From contig NW_005434611.1 of the NCBI RefSeq assembly GCF_000315625.1, positions 1 to 64,000 of the forward strand: a stretch of DNA of 64,000 nt, given 5' to 3'. The position numbers and the translations under genes were made by a program. Origin of the DNA: Guillardia theta CCMP2712. Lineage: Eukaryota > Protista > Cryptophyta. Below, piece after piece: positions 46,996 to 59,429 of this stretch (positions are counted from its first letter, which is position 1; every line of letters begins with the position of its first letter). The notes beneath the pieces were generated by a model. It saw only the letters and a list, made by a program, of their open reading frames with translations. It had not been told where the DNA came from and did no database searches.

Positions 46996-48873
46996 ATGTC
47001 ACTTTCCAAGAGCATCATACTCCTCCTCGTCTTCTCTCTCTCTGCTTCTTGTGTTCAGAGTATCTCCATAGAGTTCGAGCATCTCGGAGCCCGAGTTTAC
47101 CTCATCGACGGGAAAAACACCTGGTACCAGATCCACTTCCTCGTCACCGACATTCCTCACGAGCGATCTTCGCACACATTCAAGTTGGAGATGCAGACGG
47201 CATGGAACGATGGCGAGTGGGAGAAGACAGGATACATGGATCATGTGCGGGCTCCTTTCCCTGCGCGCAGAAGTGCGGGGATGAACATCAACTTCCACGG
47301 CACGCTGAGGCTCCGAGCTGTTTTGAAGGACTTGGACGCGCTGGACAAGAACGAGACTTTCACACGAGACGCCTCCATCCAGGTGCTCAAGGTCAAGGAT
47401 GCTCCTATGTATGTCGCTGCGCGACTGAGGATGGGTCAGACCTTGAAGGTCCTAGAGCCCAACGACGAGCATGTCCAGTCGCTGGCTGCGTTCGCTCTGA
47501 ACGAGTTCTCAGCAACAGCAAGGTTGCCGTATGACGAGATCGTGAGCGCTGCTATGATCAAAGTCAGCGCAGACAGAGAGGAGTACGTGATCACCACTCG
47601 GTGTGCGCTCGAGTCACAGTACTGCAAGGTCGGGGGCCTGTTCATGTTCGGTATCTCCCGGACAGACCGCGATCAGAAGATCCACCTTGACATTACGCAT
47701 GCCGGGGGAGTTCCTTCGGGCATGTGGAGCAAGAATGCTCCGAGATCGTGGAGGGAGGCCGTTGAAGAAGGATACTGTGAGGCGTCTGAGCCTGTGCTCG
47801 AGGCCAGCTTTCTTCCTTGGACGAGGAGAGGAGCGAGGATAAGCGAACAGAACGTAATCAACATCCTGAACAGCCCGAACAAACTTTGCTGGCAGAGGCT
47901 GAAGGTCATCAACAATGAGCTCTACATTGAACAACCTCAGGTGGATCGGATGGGAATCAAGTTGCCCGAAGACGACAAGTGGTATACCTCCTGCCTGGCT
48001 GAGATGGTTCTGGACGTCCTTCAAGACTTCAGGCTCCCGGATGTCGACCTTTGCGTTTCCGAGGAGCTGCCACAGGTACTGAAGGGGGAGAACCATGCTT
48101 CTCTCTCTATGACCATCAGCAGTGCGCATATGGACATCGTCATCCCCGACCTCTTCTTTCGCTATTGGAACCCTGACAACGTCGTGCCGCACGACTGGTA
48201 CAAACCTCCCCAAGACTGGTCCAAGTACATTCAAGGCAACGTGCTCAAGTGGGAGGAGCGGGTCCCTAAGCTGTGGTGGAGGGGAACGGTGTCCTCCTGG
48301 CACATGAGCGCACGAGGGGAGCTCGTGAAGCTCGGCAGGCAGTTTCCGGATCTGATCGATGCCAAAGCCCTCCGAGTGGTCGGGCCAGCGTTGAATGAGA
48401 CGTGGGAGGGGGTGGAGGAGGTGCTAGCGCAGGTGCGGGAAGGAGGGAAGGGGATCAAGACTGATCACAACGAGCAATTCAAGTTCAAGTATGTCATCTG
48501 CACTCACGGCCCCCACAACCACTGGAGCAACAGGTTCCGCTCGCTGCTCTCCAGCGGGGCAGCCGTCTTCAAGCAGGAGGCTTCCCTCCGCGAGTTCTGG
48601 GAGTTTGAGCTCCAGCCCTTCGTTCACTTCATCCCCCTCAGCGAGGACCTGTCAGACCTGGTGGAGATGGTCGAGTGGGCCATCGAGCACGACGAGGAGG
48701 TCAGGAGGATCGTGCAGAATGCGCTTGAGTTCGTGAGGACGCGGCTGACTCCGCAGCGGATAATCTGCTACTGGGCGAACCTGCTCGAAGCTTACGGAGG
48801 GAGGATGAGCTACACGCCGACCGTCTCGCCTAACGCTTCTCTCTACTACAACGTGGCGGCTTACATGCGATGA
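46996..48873 (+). CDS. Glycosyltransferase family 90 (CAP10/KDELC/POGLUT-like), signal peptide, single exon, 625 aa
   Basis: LPDVDL, WEERVPKLWWRG, FKYVI..WSNRFRSLL..VFKQ..LQPFVHFIP..DLSDLVEMVEWA..CYWANLLEAY. Confidence 0.9.
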   Translation: MSLSKSIILLLVFSLSASCVQSISIEFEHLGARVYLIDGKNTWYQIHFLVTDIPHERSSHTFKLEMQTAWNDGEWEKTGYMDHVRAPFPARRSAGMNINFHGTLRLRAVLKDLDALDKNETFTRDASIQVLKVKDAPMYVAARLRMGQTLKVLEPNDEHVQSLAAFALNEFSATARLPYDEIVSAAMIKVSADREEYVITTRCALESQYCKVGGLFMFGISRTDRDQKIHLDITHAGGVPSGMWSKNAPRSWREAVEEGYCEASEPVLEASFLPWTRRGARISEQNVINILNSPNKLCWQRLKVINNELYIEQPQVDRMGIKLPEDDKWYTSCLAEMVLDVLQDFRLPDVDLCVSEELPQVLKGENHASLSMTISSAHMDIVIPDLFFRYWNPDNVVPHDWYKPPQDWSKYIQGNVLKWEERVPKLWWRGTVSSWHMSARGELVKLGRQFPDLIDAKALRVVGPALNETWEGVEEVLAQVREGGKGIKTDHNEQFKFKYVICTHGPHNHWSNRFRSLLSSGAAVFKQEASLREFWEFELQPFVHFIPLSEDLSDLVEMVEWAIEHDEEVRRIVQNALEFVRTRLTPQRIICYWANLLEAYGGRMSYTPTVSPNASLYYNVAAYMR

Positions 48874-49065
48874 ACGCAGAAGTTGTCTGATTGACGTGAC
48901 TGTCGGGGTGTCTCATATTGTTTTTATGGGTTATTGCTATCTCACCAACACTTCTTCTCCTACCTTAGCTGTTTGTATTACTCTTGCAGCTCTCAGCTCT
49001 GCCTTGACTTGTGCTATACATACATACAAGATCTTTCTGTCCCTGCCGTACCAGCTGCTCATCAG

Positions 49066-50730
49066 ACTTCAATGGCTCGAGTGCCATGACCCTCCGCGCA
49101 TGCTCGGTGCGTCCCCCGCGCTCAGCGATCGAGTGAACTCACTGGATTCCTTGAGGGAGGACGACTTGGTTGGCGTGTTCGACCTCTTGTGCTTGTCCCT
49201 CTGTCGCAGCTGCTGGACGAGTCAACGTGAGTGGCTCGCATGTAACTTGCCGCACCTTCTTGTCGTACTCCGCGCGCTTGTCGGGGTCAGTCAAGACCTG
49301 ATGCGCCTGGTTGATGGCAAAGAACTTCTGATTTGCTGTCGGATCGCCGACATTGCGATCAGGGTGGAACTGCCTGGCTAGTCTCTTGAACATGTCTTGA
49401 ATCTCTTTCGCTGCAACACAACTCATCGACAGGGATGCAAGCGACGGGCGACTCACAAGAGCTATCCCTTGACACGCCGAGCAGCGTGTAGTGATCGATC
49501 TCCACGTCACTGGAAGGAGCTTCCGAGCTCGCTCTCACGTTGGGCCTGCGTCTTCCCTTTGCTCCTCCTTTGATCTCTTCCTGTTGTTGTCCAGCACTCT
49601 CTGACTCCTTGGAACGCAGCAGAGAACCGTCGTCCAACATAAACAAGTGCTCGGGAAGGACCTTGAAGAGCATCAGTAGACAGATTGAAGCTGAAACAAG
49701 GAGAGACCTTGAGCAATCTGTTGGGCTGATTCAACAGGCTGACTACCGTCTTGTCTCCTTCTTGTCGCACAAGGGTGCATAACTGACCATTGAGCTCGTA
49801 CGACCGTTGCAACCCCTGGAGGCGGAAGGAATGCGCATGTTTCCTGATGCTCTCGGCATCGTTGGTGGACGTGGTTCTCCTGAATGCGAATCCTCCCTTC
49901 GCCTTCTCACCCTCGTCCCCTTGGGATATATCGTCACTACTCCTCGTTCTGCTGATACCTTCTTCAACACTCCTCGTTCTGCTGATACCTTCACTCCTCT
50001 TCGTTCTGCTGATACCTTCTTCAGGGCTTCTCGTTCTGCTGACACCTTCTTGAACACTCCTCGTTCTGCTGTAAACTTCTCCATTATTCCTTGTTCTGCT
50101 GATGCCTTCTTCACTCCATTTTATTCTGCTGTTAGCTTCTCCACTGCTCTTCGCTCTGCTGATGCCTTCACCCGTGCTGAGTTTCTGCATCGTGAGGTCT
50201 AGGAAGTCTTCATACTGCTCATGAGAAAGTCAGTTGCTGATGATAGAGGCATACATGAATGGAGGAGAGGTGTTGAGACCTTGCTGTGATCGTTCATTTC
50301 GTGCCCTCTGAAGAGCTGTGGAGAGGATTGGAAGACTTGCGAACCCTTCACATCAGAGTGAGGAGTAAAACTTCAGGAACAAATTCATCGTCAGTCTCAC
50401 CTCCTTTGTTCCCTGCTTGTTGTGTTCTGCTCCAAATGTCCGCCTCCGATGTTCTATCGCCCTCTGCCTTGCTGAGCTCTCTTTGACCTGAACGTCACTT
50501 GCATTCTGTCCATGAAGTCAAAGTTGTCGAAAAATCGTGTTACGTCACAACAGAAATACGAAGTGACATGAATGTTTGCCTGCTACTCGACTCTGCCTGC
50601 TGCCTTCATCTCTTCCACCTCTCTTTTCTCTCGTCTTCTCTTTCCTCTTCTCTCCCATCTCCTGTCCTCGCTCCTTCGCTTTCAGCATCTGATCCCTGCA
50701 TTCGCATTACCAGCATGTTCGATGATTTGC
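49066..50730 (-). CDS. DnaJ-domain protein with EGISRTRS repeats, multi-exon; ends approximate
   Basis: DHYTLLGVSRD..EIQDMFKRLARQFHPDRN..F..INQAHQVLTDPDKRAEYD (HPD motif). Confidence 0.82.
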
Positions 50731-51042
50731 GCCCGCAACTGGCAATATCATGATAAGGTAGGGTAGATCACCCCACCTTACGGACTGTCTACCTAAAGTG
50801 CTTCAAACGTAGGGTACTTTTGCTGTAGCGTGGGGTAGGGTACATGACAATTTCCGAAAAAAAATTGACTGCTACTACTGAATTCACTCAAAGAAGTAAC
50901 TGATAATTTCTAGTACAAATCTAACATCAACCTGGCGCTATCCACGGTTGTATGACGGGTGAGTCATCATTCAGAGAGTCGCTTGTGACTTGATGAGATT
51001 TACATGCTACACAACTTGAACATCTATACACCATCAACCTCC

Positions 51043-52338
51043 TCACCCATCCCGGTCAAACACAACTCGGATCGGCTTCTTCTTGCTCGCCTGCATGGCG
51101 ACGCGCGTGAAAGCTCTACGGCACCAGGAGCGTCAGAGGAGCATCGGCCGTCCCTCTTCACCTCTGCTGCGACTCAGTTGCTCGGAGACTGTTGGCGAGG
51201 ACAGGCGGCCGTTCCAGCACGTCCGTTCCTTGTCCAGCTAGCGCCAAGCTTTCCCTCACCTGCTCCACTTTGCGCCTCATGCGTAGGTTGGGATCTGGTC
51301 AGAAAGTGAGGGAGAAGGGCGAGGGCTAGCGTGTGCTTGCCAGCTGAATGCGACATCCTCTCTCGCTCATTCCTTGCCTCCATCTCCGTCGTCAGCCTCT
51401 CCTGCAGGAGCAATGAGATCGAGGCGAGAGGCAGGAGGAGGCTGCCTTCAGGTTCGTGTTCTTCTTGACCAGAAGCTTCATCGACTTCTCTATGCTTTCC
51501 CACGCATCGCCCTCCTCGTCCTCCTCGTCCTGGCCCTCCAACGAGGAGTCTGCATGGCGCATGGAGGGGAACAGCGGGTCCCATTGACTGTACGAGGCAT
51601 CAGGACTGAACAAGGGAAGTAGTGGTCTACCTGTGAGGCCGGGCGTCGTCGAGCTGCTGACGCTTGAGATCAGCTCGCAGCATGTTGCTGATTTGAATGA
51701 GTTTGTCTCGCTCAGCTGTAACTCGCTTGAGGGCGTTCTGACAGTCAACAATCAGATCCGACTTGCCCGTCTGTGAAATCATCTCCTCCTCCTCCTCTCA
51801 ATGCACTTGGGCTCCTCCCTCCTCCCTCCCCGCTCCTCCTTCCCCGCTCCTCCCTCCACCTTCCTGCCTCTCACCCCCTTCCCAATCTCACGTCCTCCCG
51901 CGAGGTTTACCTCCGTCTTCCTCAATCGACTCGAAAAATTCGCCTTCTCTATCTGCTCCCCACCACTGATGTTCTCGATCTCAGATCGCATCTGACTGAT
52001 GACTTCTCGCAGCCTCAGGTTTTGATCCTGTGAGCGACTCGTCAGGCCTTGCCTTCCTTCGGACCAGCCTCACCTCAAGCTCGTGTATCCTCGTCCGCAC
52101 CCTCCTCCCGTCTCCTCCTATCACATCTCGCGAGCTTGCTCGTGACATCTTCCTCCCCTCGTCAGCCGGGCAAGCAGTGACAACCTCTTCCTTCACCTCG
52201 CTGTCTCCCGTCGTCGGTCTCCTTCCATCAAAGTCCAACGTTCCTGGCCTGTGAGCAGATGAAAATATCACCAGATGACAGCGGACCAAGACAAGGCAAG
52301 ATGGTGAGGACGAGGCAAGGAGAGGACGAGGACGAGGA

Positions 52339-52395
<57 letters not shown>

Positions 52396-55300
52396 AGCGA
52401 GTGTCGTACCTGATAGCTTCACTATCTGCAGTGGTGGGACGGGAGCCTCCGAGATAAGGAGGAAGGGAGGGAGTGTCAGGGAAAGGAGGCATCTGAGTTG
52501 AGTCAAGCGAGGAAAGGGAGCAAGAGGAGAGCAACTTGAATTGGAGAGTCGAGAGGAGTGTCAAGGTCACCCCGGTCAATCGTTAGGTTTGCGGGCCTGC
52601 ATCGTCTCGTTGAGGGGAGGGAGGAGGACGAAGACGAGGAGGACGAGGAGGACGAGGAGGAGGATCGGGGGGTAGGAGGAGGAGGTTTTCGAGTAGGAGA
52701 TGCAGTAATTTGGAGGGAGAGACGAGAGAAGAAATCAGAGCAAGCTACCTTCTATCCCTCAACTCGGTCAGAGAGTGGATCTGCCAAACGTATCCAATGA
52801 GGTGAGGGTAAGGGGATTGAAGGGAAGAGCGAAGAGAACGGTGAGGAGAATAAAGATCAGTTGCACCTTCGCTTGTGCTTGTTGCAGCTGTCTCGTCACG
52901 TCAGTCAGCTTGTCTTGAGCCTGTGAACTGCGTCATGACACAACTCAACATCTGTCGAATCAACCTCCTCTCTCATCAGCATCGCCTGATCCCGTTGATT
53001 CGTCATGTTTCTCAACAGTTCAGCAAAGTGAACGTTCGCCTGGTCCTCACTCTGACAGCATACGTCACCACCTCCTCCTCTTCCCTGCCACTGACCTCTT
53101 GCGAGAGTCTCTCCATGTCAAATTCTCTCTGAACAAGTTGTTTCTTCAAGTCAGCCTGCAAAAATAGTCAGCTATTCCATCCTCTCTCCTTCCCCCTCCC
53201 CCTTCTCCCTTCCTCCTCCTTGCGCTCTTTTTTCTCACTTTGCTTCAAGCAGCTCTCAGCTCCATCTTGCCTTGTGCTCTCAACCTCCCTAGCTCCAAGA
53301 TCCCCCCTCCCTCCCTCCCTCCCTCCCTCCCTCCCTCCTCTCTCTTCCCTCTCTCCTCTCTCTCTCTTCTCCCCCTCCTATCCTCTTCCTCTCCTCTTCC
53401 TCTTTCTGTTGGTACCTCCCGCTTGCAGGCTTCATTGAGCTCCTCCCGCATCTTGTCCAGGTCTTGACGCCTCTGTCCAACGGTCAGTCACGTCAAGGAG
53501 ACGTCACGTGTCACCTCCTCCAGCAATCTTTTCAACGATGAAACCTGAATGTCAATCTCAGACCTTCAATCCTTCTTCCCGCTCCATCCCCTCTCACTCC
53601 CATCCTTAACTTCCCTCCTCCTTTCCTCTCCCCTTCCCTCCCTCTCCCCTCCTCTCCTCTCCTCCTCTATTTTGCCCCCTATCACCCCTGCTTCTTCCCC
53701 TCCCTTGATTTTCCCCTCCCTCCTCCTTCCACAGTTTCTCCCGTCTGCCACCTTCTCGCGCAGCCCAGTGATCTCCTCTTCCAGCAGAGACTTCTGCGAG
53801 CTGCAGCAGCGACATGACGAAAGAACTCATACATCACGTCTCACGTCAGATTCCTCTCAGCTTCCATTCTGCTGCTCTCAGCGTTCTCGTACTTCCTCTC
53901 CAGACCCTGCAAGGGCAACATCACCAGCAGCTCCTCCTCCTCTTGCTCCGTGTCCTCGAAGATCTACCTTCCCTCCCGCCGCTCCTCCTCAAAGACTCCC
54001 TCCCTTCCACCCACACTCCTCCGCCTCCTCACCTGAATGGCTTCAAGGTGCGCAAGCTCCATCTCCTGCAGGTCTCGTTGAGCTTTCATTGCACTCTCAT
54101 GCTTCCTGACGTGAAAAGTTCAAAATAAAAGTTTAAAAGTCTTGCTGTCAACTTGTCTCTCTCAGCGGTGATGACAACAAGTTCTTCGTTGAGAGTCTCG
54201 ATCTTTTTCTCCGCCTCCCGCACTTGACCTTGCCAAACATCCCATGGTGAGGTGGTATGCGCACAGGGTGAAGGCAGAAGCAAGGAAAGCGAGGAGAGAA
54301 GGGAGAAGAGGATAGAGAGCAGAGAAGAGCAGAAAGCGGCAATGAAAGGAGTGAGAAGCAACGAGGTCGAGCGAAAACCTCTCAGTGTCTTCTCCTGATC
54401 TTCGAGTGCTCTTCTCAATTTGATCTCGAAGTCCTTCAAATCGACGTCATCTCAACGAGTTCAGCTCAATCACCGCAAATGACCTCTTGCTTGCCCTCGG
54501 CTTCACTCTGACTCGTTTGAATCATTCGCTGCAATTCTGCAATCTTATCTCTACTTGTCAGTGAGGTCACACGAGCGGTCTTCCCATGGCACTGACTTTA
54601 TCTTCTTTCTCTTCGATAATGCTCTTCGCAGCCAGATCAGACGCCTCACCCACCATCAAGTCGACGCGTCACCTCATACTTGGCGTTGAGCTCTCTCAGG
54701 GCCCTGGCGTGTTCGTTGGAGCTGCTGGGGCGTGAGGCGGGTCGAATTGAACAAGCCAGCTCACCGGTCTGACTTGTCTCTCTGCAACGCAAAGATCTCG
54801 CTCTCCATTCTCTTGAGCGATTCACCTGAGGCAACCATGACGTTCACAACGCAGATCAAGGGCGGCTCCAGAGCTCATGCGCGGGCTGGACTTGTTCAGG
54901 GCAAGAGCAGGTACCTTTCTCTGACGATAGCTTGTTGAGAGACTCGTTGGACCTTCTCGCTTCCTCGAGGAGATTCTCAAGTTCCGTGATCTGCTCATGA
55001 GTCAACAAGAGCGTCAGGGGGGGAGGCACAGCAAGCTGGAATGTCTGAGAGCAGAAACGTGTTCTCACCTTGGTGCTCAGATCTTGATTGTTCTTCTGCA
55101 ACTTTCGGATCTCAGCGTGAAGATCGTCTTCCCTTGACTTGCCCTCATGCTGCGATCAACGATCCGTCACTAAAACCCTCCTCGTCTCCCCAGCAACCTC
55201 GAATCTTCTCATCAGATCGTCGAACGACACGCTCATGTCTCTCCTTTGCACCTCCAACACGTCATCCTGCGTGGACTGCGTCATGACCCACATCGCATCC

Positions 55301-56165
55301 TCTCCGTCTCCTTCCTCCATACCTTCTCTGAGAGCTGCCGCACGAAGTCTCGTCGCATCTCATCCATGCTATTCCTTAGCTGCAGGAGCATCAGTTGAGC
55401 GATGGTGATTCTTCGTTCAGACCTTCCGTATCTCCTCATCCTTGCTCCGTCTCACACTTTCCAGCTTTTCCTTCATCTCCAGAATGTTTTCCTTGTTGCG
55501 GTCTTCAATGAAAGGAGGAGAAAACTTGGAAGACGAAGAAGGGGGAAAGGGGGGCGGAGCTGGAGGAGGAGGACTACTACCTGATGATGATCTGCAAGCT
55601 GCCGCGATTGCTCCTGCGGCACCTGATCAACCAGCGTGACAGGACAACTTGCTCCACTCACTCTCTCTGCTCGAAGTTGCGACTCCATCTCATCTGCTGC
55701 TACCTGTGCGCTGGGGTGAATGGAAGGAAAGTCACTTGCTCTGAACAAGCCTTGAGGTCGCTAATCTCAGCGTCTCTATCTCGAACCATGTTCTTCAGGT
55801 TCACGAACGCAGAGTCATATCTGCAGACAACGTCAGATGCACGAGTATCAGCACGGAACAACAACCTCTCGAGCTCTGCATCCCTATCTTCGATCAGCTT
55901 CAGGTTGTACTGGAAGTCCACCTTGAGTTTCCTGCATCCAGGTCACCGTCAGCCGCTCTTGGTTCGCCATACCTGAAGTTCTCCTTCAGGTCTGCGATCT
56001 GTCGGTCCCTCTCTGTGATGGTAGATTCCAAGGCCTGTTGCAAGGTCACATCTCCCTCATCATGGCTCAAGGTCGTTCCTGGATCCGTAGCTCGTTCATC
56101 TCCTGGAGCTCCTTCTCCTTCTGCCCTATCAGCTCTCTTAAAGCGCTGGCCGGGTTGACCGGCAT
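51043..56165 (-). CDS. CCDC57: Coiled-coil centrosomal/ciliary protein, CCDC57-like, many exons
   Basis: LRELIGQKEKEL..DFQYNLKLIEDRDAELERYDSAF..RDAEISDLK matches the CCDC57 N-terminal motif. The rest is coiled coil. Confidence 0.75.
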
Positions 56166-56620
56166 GGCGTCCTGGGTGTCAAGGAAGATCGTCAGTCGTA
56201 GTTGATCACAGAGATCGCTTCACACATTTGTATTTCTCTCGTCTCTACAAGCCACTCCTATACAAGCTACCCCTTTACAACTCCATTAGATCCCTTCATG
56301 TCCTCTGCTCTGCTCTGCTCTGCTCGCATGACATCGCATCTCCTCTCATCCCTTCACATCTTTTCGTATCTTCTCTCTCCCTCTTCCCGTTCATCTCTGA
56401 TTTCTACTCGCATCACTGGCTCCCTCTCGCATCTCCCGCGCTTACCTCCGCCATTCCCCGACAAACAGGTTGGTGGAGGCTGAAGTATTTCAAATTTGGC
56501 TCATAAATTGCTGCAACAAAAATGAAATTTTATGAAATGGAATCGAGGCAAGTATCAAGTTTCAAGATTTGAATACAGGCGGTCTGGTCTTCATCGCTCC
56601 TCAACTACCCACTCGCGTCA

Positions 56621-56621
56621 T

Positions 56622-56695
<74 letters not shown>

Positions 56696-56697
56696 AC
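56621..56697. repeat. (CTGCTC)n hexanucleotide microsatellite
   Basis: Read directly from the sequence. Confidence 0.95.
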
Positions 56698-57126
56698 TCC
56701 TCCCTCCACATAATCAGTTTTACCTTCCCCACCTCTTCAATGTTTCTTTTGAATACGCCTTCCTCTATCGTTTCTCGTCTCTCCTCCACCCACCGCATAC
56801 CCACCTTCATCCTTTCGCAGCAGCAGCAGCAGCAGCTAGGTTATCTCAATCGACTCGCTCGTCGCAATCATTATTTTCAACTTCGTACAAGGCAAATTTG
56901 GTTTCATTCACTTCAAGAATGTAAAAATGGTTGGGAAAGATTAAAGTTCAAGTGTTTCACATGGAGAGATTTCTATAGCAGACAACAAGTCAATCGAAGC
57001 TGTAGTGTGTTGTGATACTCCGCCCCTGCCACAGTCATGAGACCTCCACCATCCCCTCCAAGAAACAAGGGCTAGCAACGCACTACTCTTCTCCCTATCC
57101 ATCCTTCTCAGTTCCTCAAGCTCTCA

Positions 57127-58841
57127 CTACTCACCATTGTTGCACTTGATGTAGTCGACGCCCTTCACGTAGTAGTTCCGAGGGCAGGAAACATCGCCAG
57201 TCTCACGCCTGTCGTCATCGAGTCAAGAAGCGAAGGACGAGGAAGAGAATGGAGGTGTACATGGCATGGAAGATATCGTTGCCGTTGATTACACACTCGC
57301 CAGTGACGTAGCTGACAATTCAGTCAAACTCGAGAACCCCTTTCGCTCCTCTCCTCTCCTTCACCTGCAATGCTCGGTAGCTGGGAAGCGTCCAGGAGGT
57401 CCTGGAGGCCCAGCGGGCCCTTGGATGCCGATCCCAGGGACTCCGGGAGCCTGGGGCCAAGTTAGCGAGAGCCTGAACAAAGGGGAAGCCAGAGCAAGTA
57501 GGTGCGCCAGGCCATGAGGGAGGACGGAAGGACAGACAAAAGCTGGAGGAACAAGCAGGCCAAGAGAGCGAGAACAGGAGAGGCAGGGAAGGAGTAATGT
57601 GCCATTTCTTACCCCAGGGGGACCAGGCAAGCCAGGATTTCCTCTAGGACCCTGTCAAAATCACAGCGTCAACGCCTGGAGCATGCGCGTCGCTGGTTTG
57701 ACCTCCGGACCCTGCACGCCCATCGGACCGATAGGCCCCCTCTGCCCAATCTGACCAGGAATACCTGTGGGGTAGTCACTACACTTGAGTCCAGAAGCCA
57801 AGCAGTGGGAGGTAAAGATGGTGGTACACGTTGAGAAAGGTCGAGCACAGACGCGATAAGATGGCGGCCAACCACAACGAGACACAGCAACACAGATAGG
57901 AGTAGGACCAGCAAGACGATTTGAGGAGGCTACGGTGAGATGTCAGCTTTCTCTTCACCTGGAGCCCCGGGTCGTCCCGTGTCACCAGGCCTGCCTTGAT
58001 CGCCAGGAGGCCCTCTCAGGCCCCGATATCCCCTAGGGCCCATGGGACCTGCCGGTGAACGTCAAGGCACGTCGCATTTTCACTCACTCCACGCACCCTG
58101 AGGGCCCATGGCACCGGGTGAGCCTGGAGAACCGTTCTGCCCTGCAGGGCCCGTCGGTCCAGGGAGACCCTACCAGGCACAGTGAGTATGTCTAGAGGAC
58201 AGCGTCTTCGCGGCGGTATACCTGGGGTCCGCTCATGCCGGTTGGTCCGGGCTGCATTGCGACGGTGTTGATCCTCTGATGCAGGATCCTTGATTCGCGC
58301 GCCAACCTCCTGTCGTACGCCTGCTCCAGGTTCACGATCTTGGCGGCGAACTGCTTCTTGAGCAGTCGCATGGCAGCTCGAAGTTTCTTGATCATGTTGG
58401 CATTTTCCATGTCACCCCGTACAACCTCTCTGTTGGTTCTTTCGAGTCTGCCGATGTTCTTCTCAGCTATTTCGAACATGTCAGACCGGCATAAATATCA
58501 CATAGAACGTGCAAACCTAGAGGCTCCCATGGCTTAGGTGGAGGAACCCACTCCGATTGTGACGGCTCAGCTTCCTGTTCCTGAGGAACATCTGGGGTCG
58601 CCTGCACGGCTGGTGGTGGCGGCGAAGACGGCTCTTCCTCCACCTCCTTCTCCGTTTCCTCCACGGGGTTGAGCGTTCCGGTGACTTTCCATGTGGGCAT
58701 CATGGTCGTTCGCGATCCCTCGACCAGGGACGTTGGCTTCCGCTCATGGGCTCTGAGACTGACGAGGGACAGGAGGACTAAGAGGATCAGCCCTGCAGCT
58801 CCTGCCGCCGCCGCCGCCGCTCCCTGCCTCCTCCTCGACAT
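57127..58841 (-). CDS. Collagen-like (Gly-X-Y) type II membrane protein, multi-exon
   Basis: N-terminal TM segment, coiled coil, exons GPTGMSGPQ, GLPGPTGPAGQNGSPGSPGAMGPQG, GIPGQIGQRGPIGPMG, GIQGPAGPPGPPG, and a Cys-rich tail. Confidence 0.85.
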
Positions 58842-59429
58842 GCCCCGAAGAGACACGGCGGTTTCGGAACCGTTGAAATCCGTTTCTGATAACGAATATT
58901 TCGATAGGCGGGGCCTGCCGGGGCCCCGGGCCCCTCAGGGCCTGGGCATCACCGTACGGTCCTGCCAGTGCCCGGGCCGGCCCAGCGAGTCACTGTGACC
59001 GCCTGAGGCTCCCGTCGGGTAGTGGCTGACGGAGCACAAGATTGTTAGACTTGTACAGTGACAAGTTGTAACAAGATCGGACAGTTTTTGCTCAAGACCA
59101 AGTTTAATGTACACAAAAGTGACTTGACCAGAATTGAGGAGCACATGAGAGATAGACTGTACGCTAGGATGTGAAACCCAAGCATCCAGACATGAGAGGA
59201 CCTTAGCGAGACGGCTGGTTTACATGAGAGTTTTTGTTAACTCGGCGCTATCTGACTGGCACGGCTGGCATAGTATCGATCCATCAGTGGCACTGAACAG
59301 TGCGGGCCGGGCACGGGGCAGACGGAAGTTAATGGCCGAACTTCGGAACCGTTGAACAGGCTTGTCAGTCCGTTGTCCATTTATTTTCCGAGTTCCGGGT
59401 CTCACGAGTCATCGTCCGGGCCTCGCTCG

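Noticed and set aside
34356-58841. Functional cluster of prolyl 4-hydroxylase and collagen-like gene
   Set aside because: They are over 20 kb apart with unrelated genes between, and P4H genes are common in algae.
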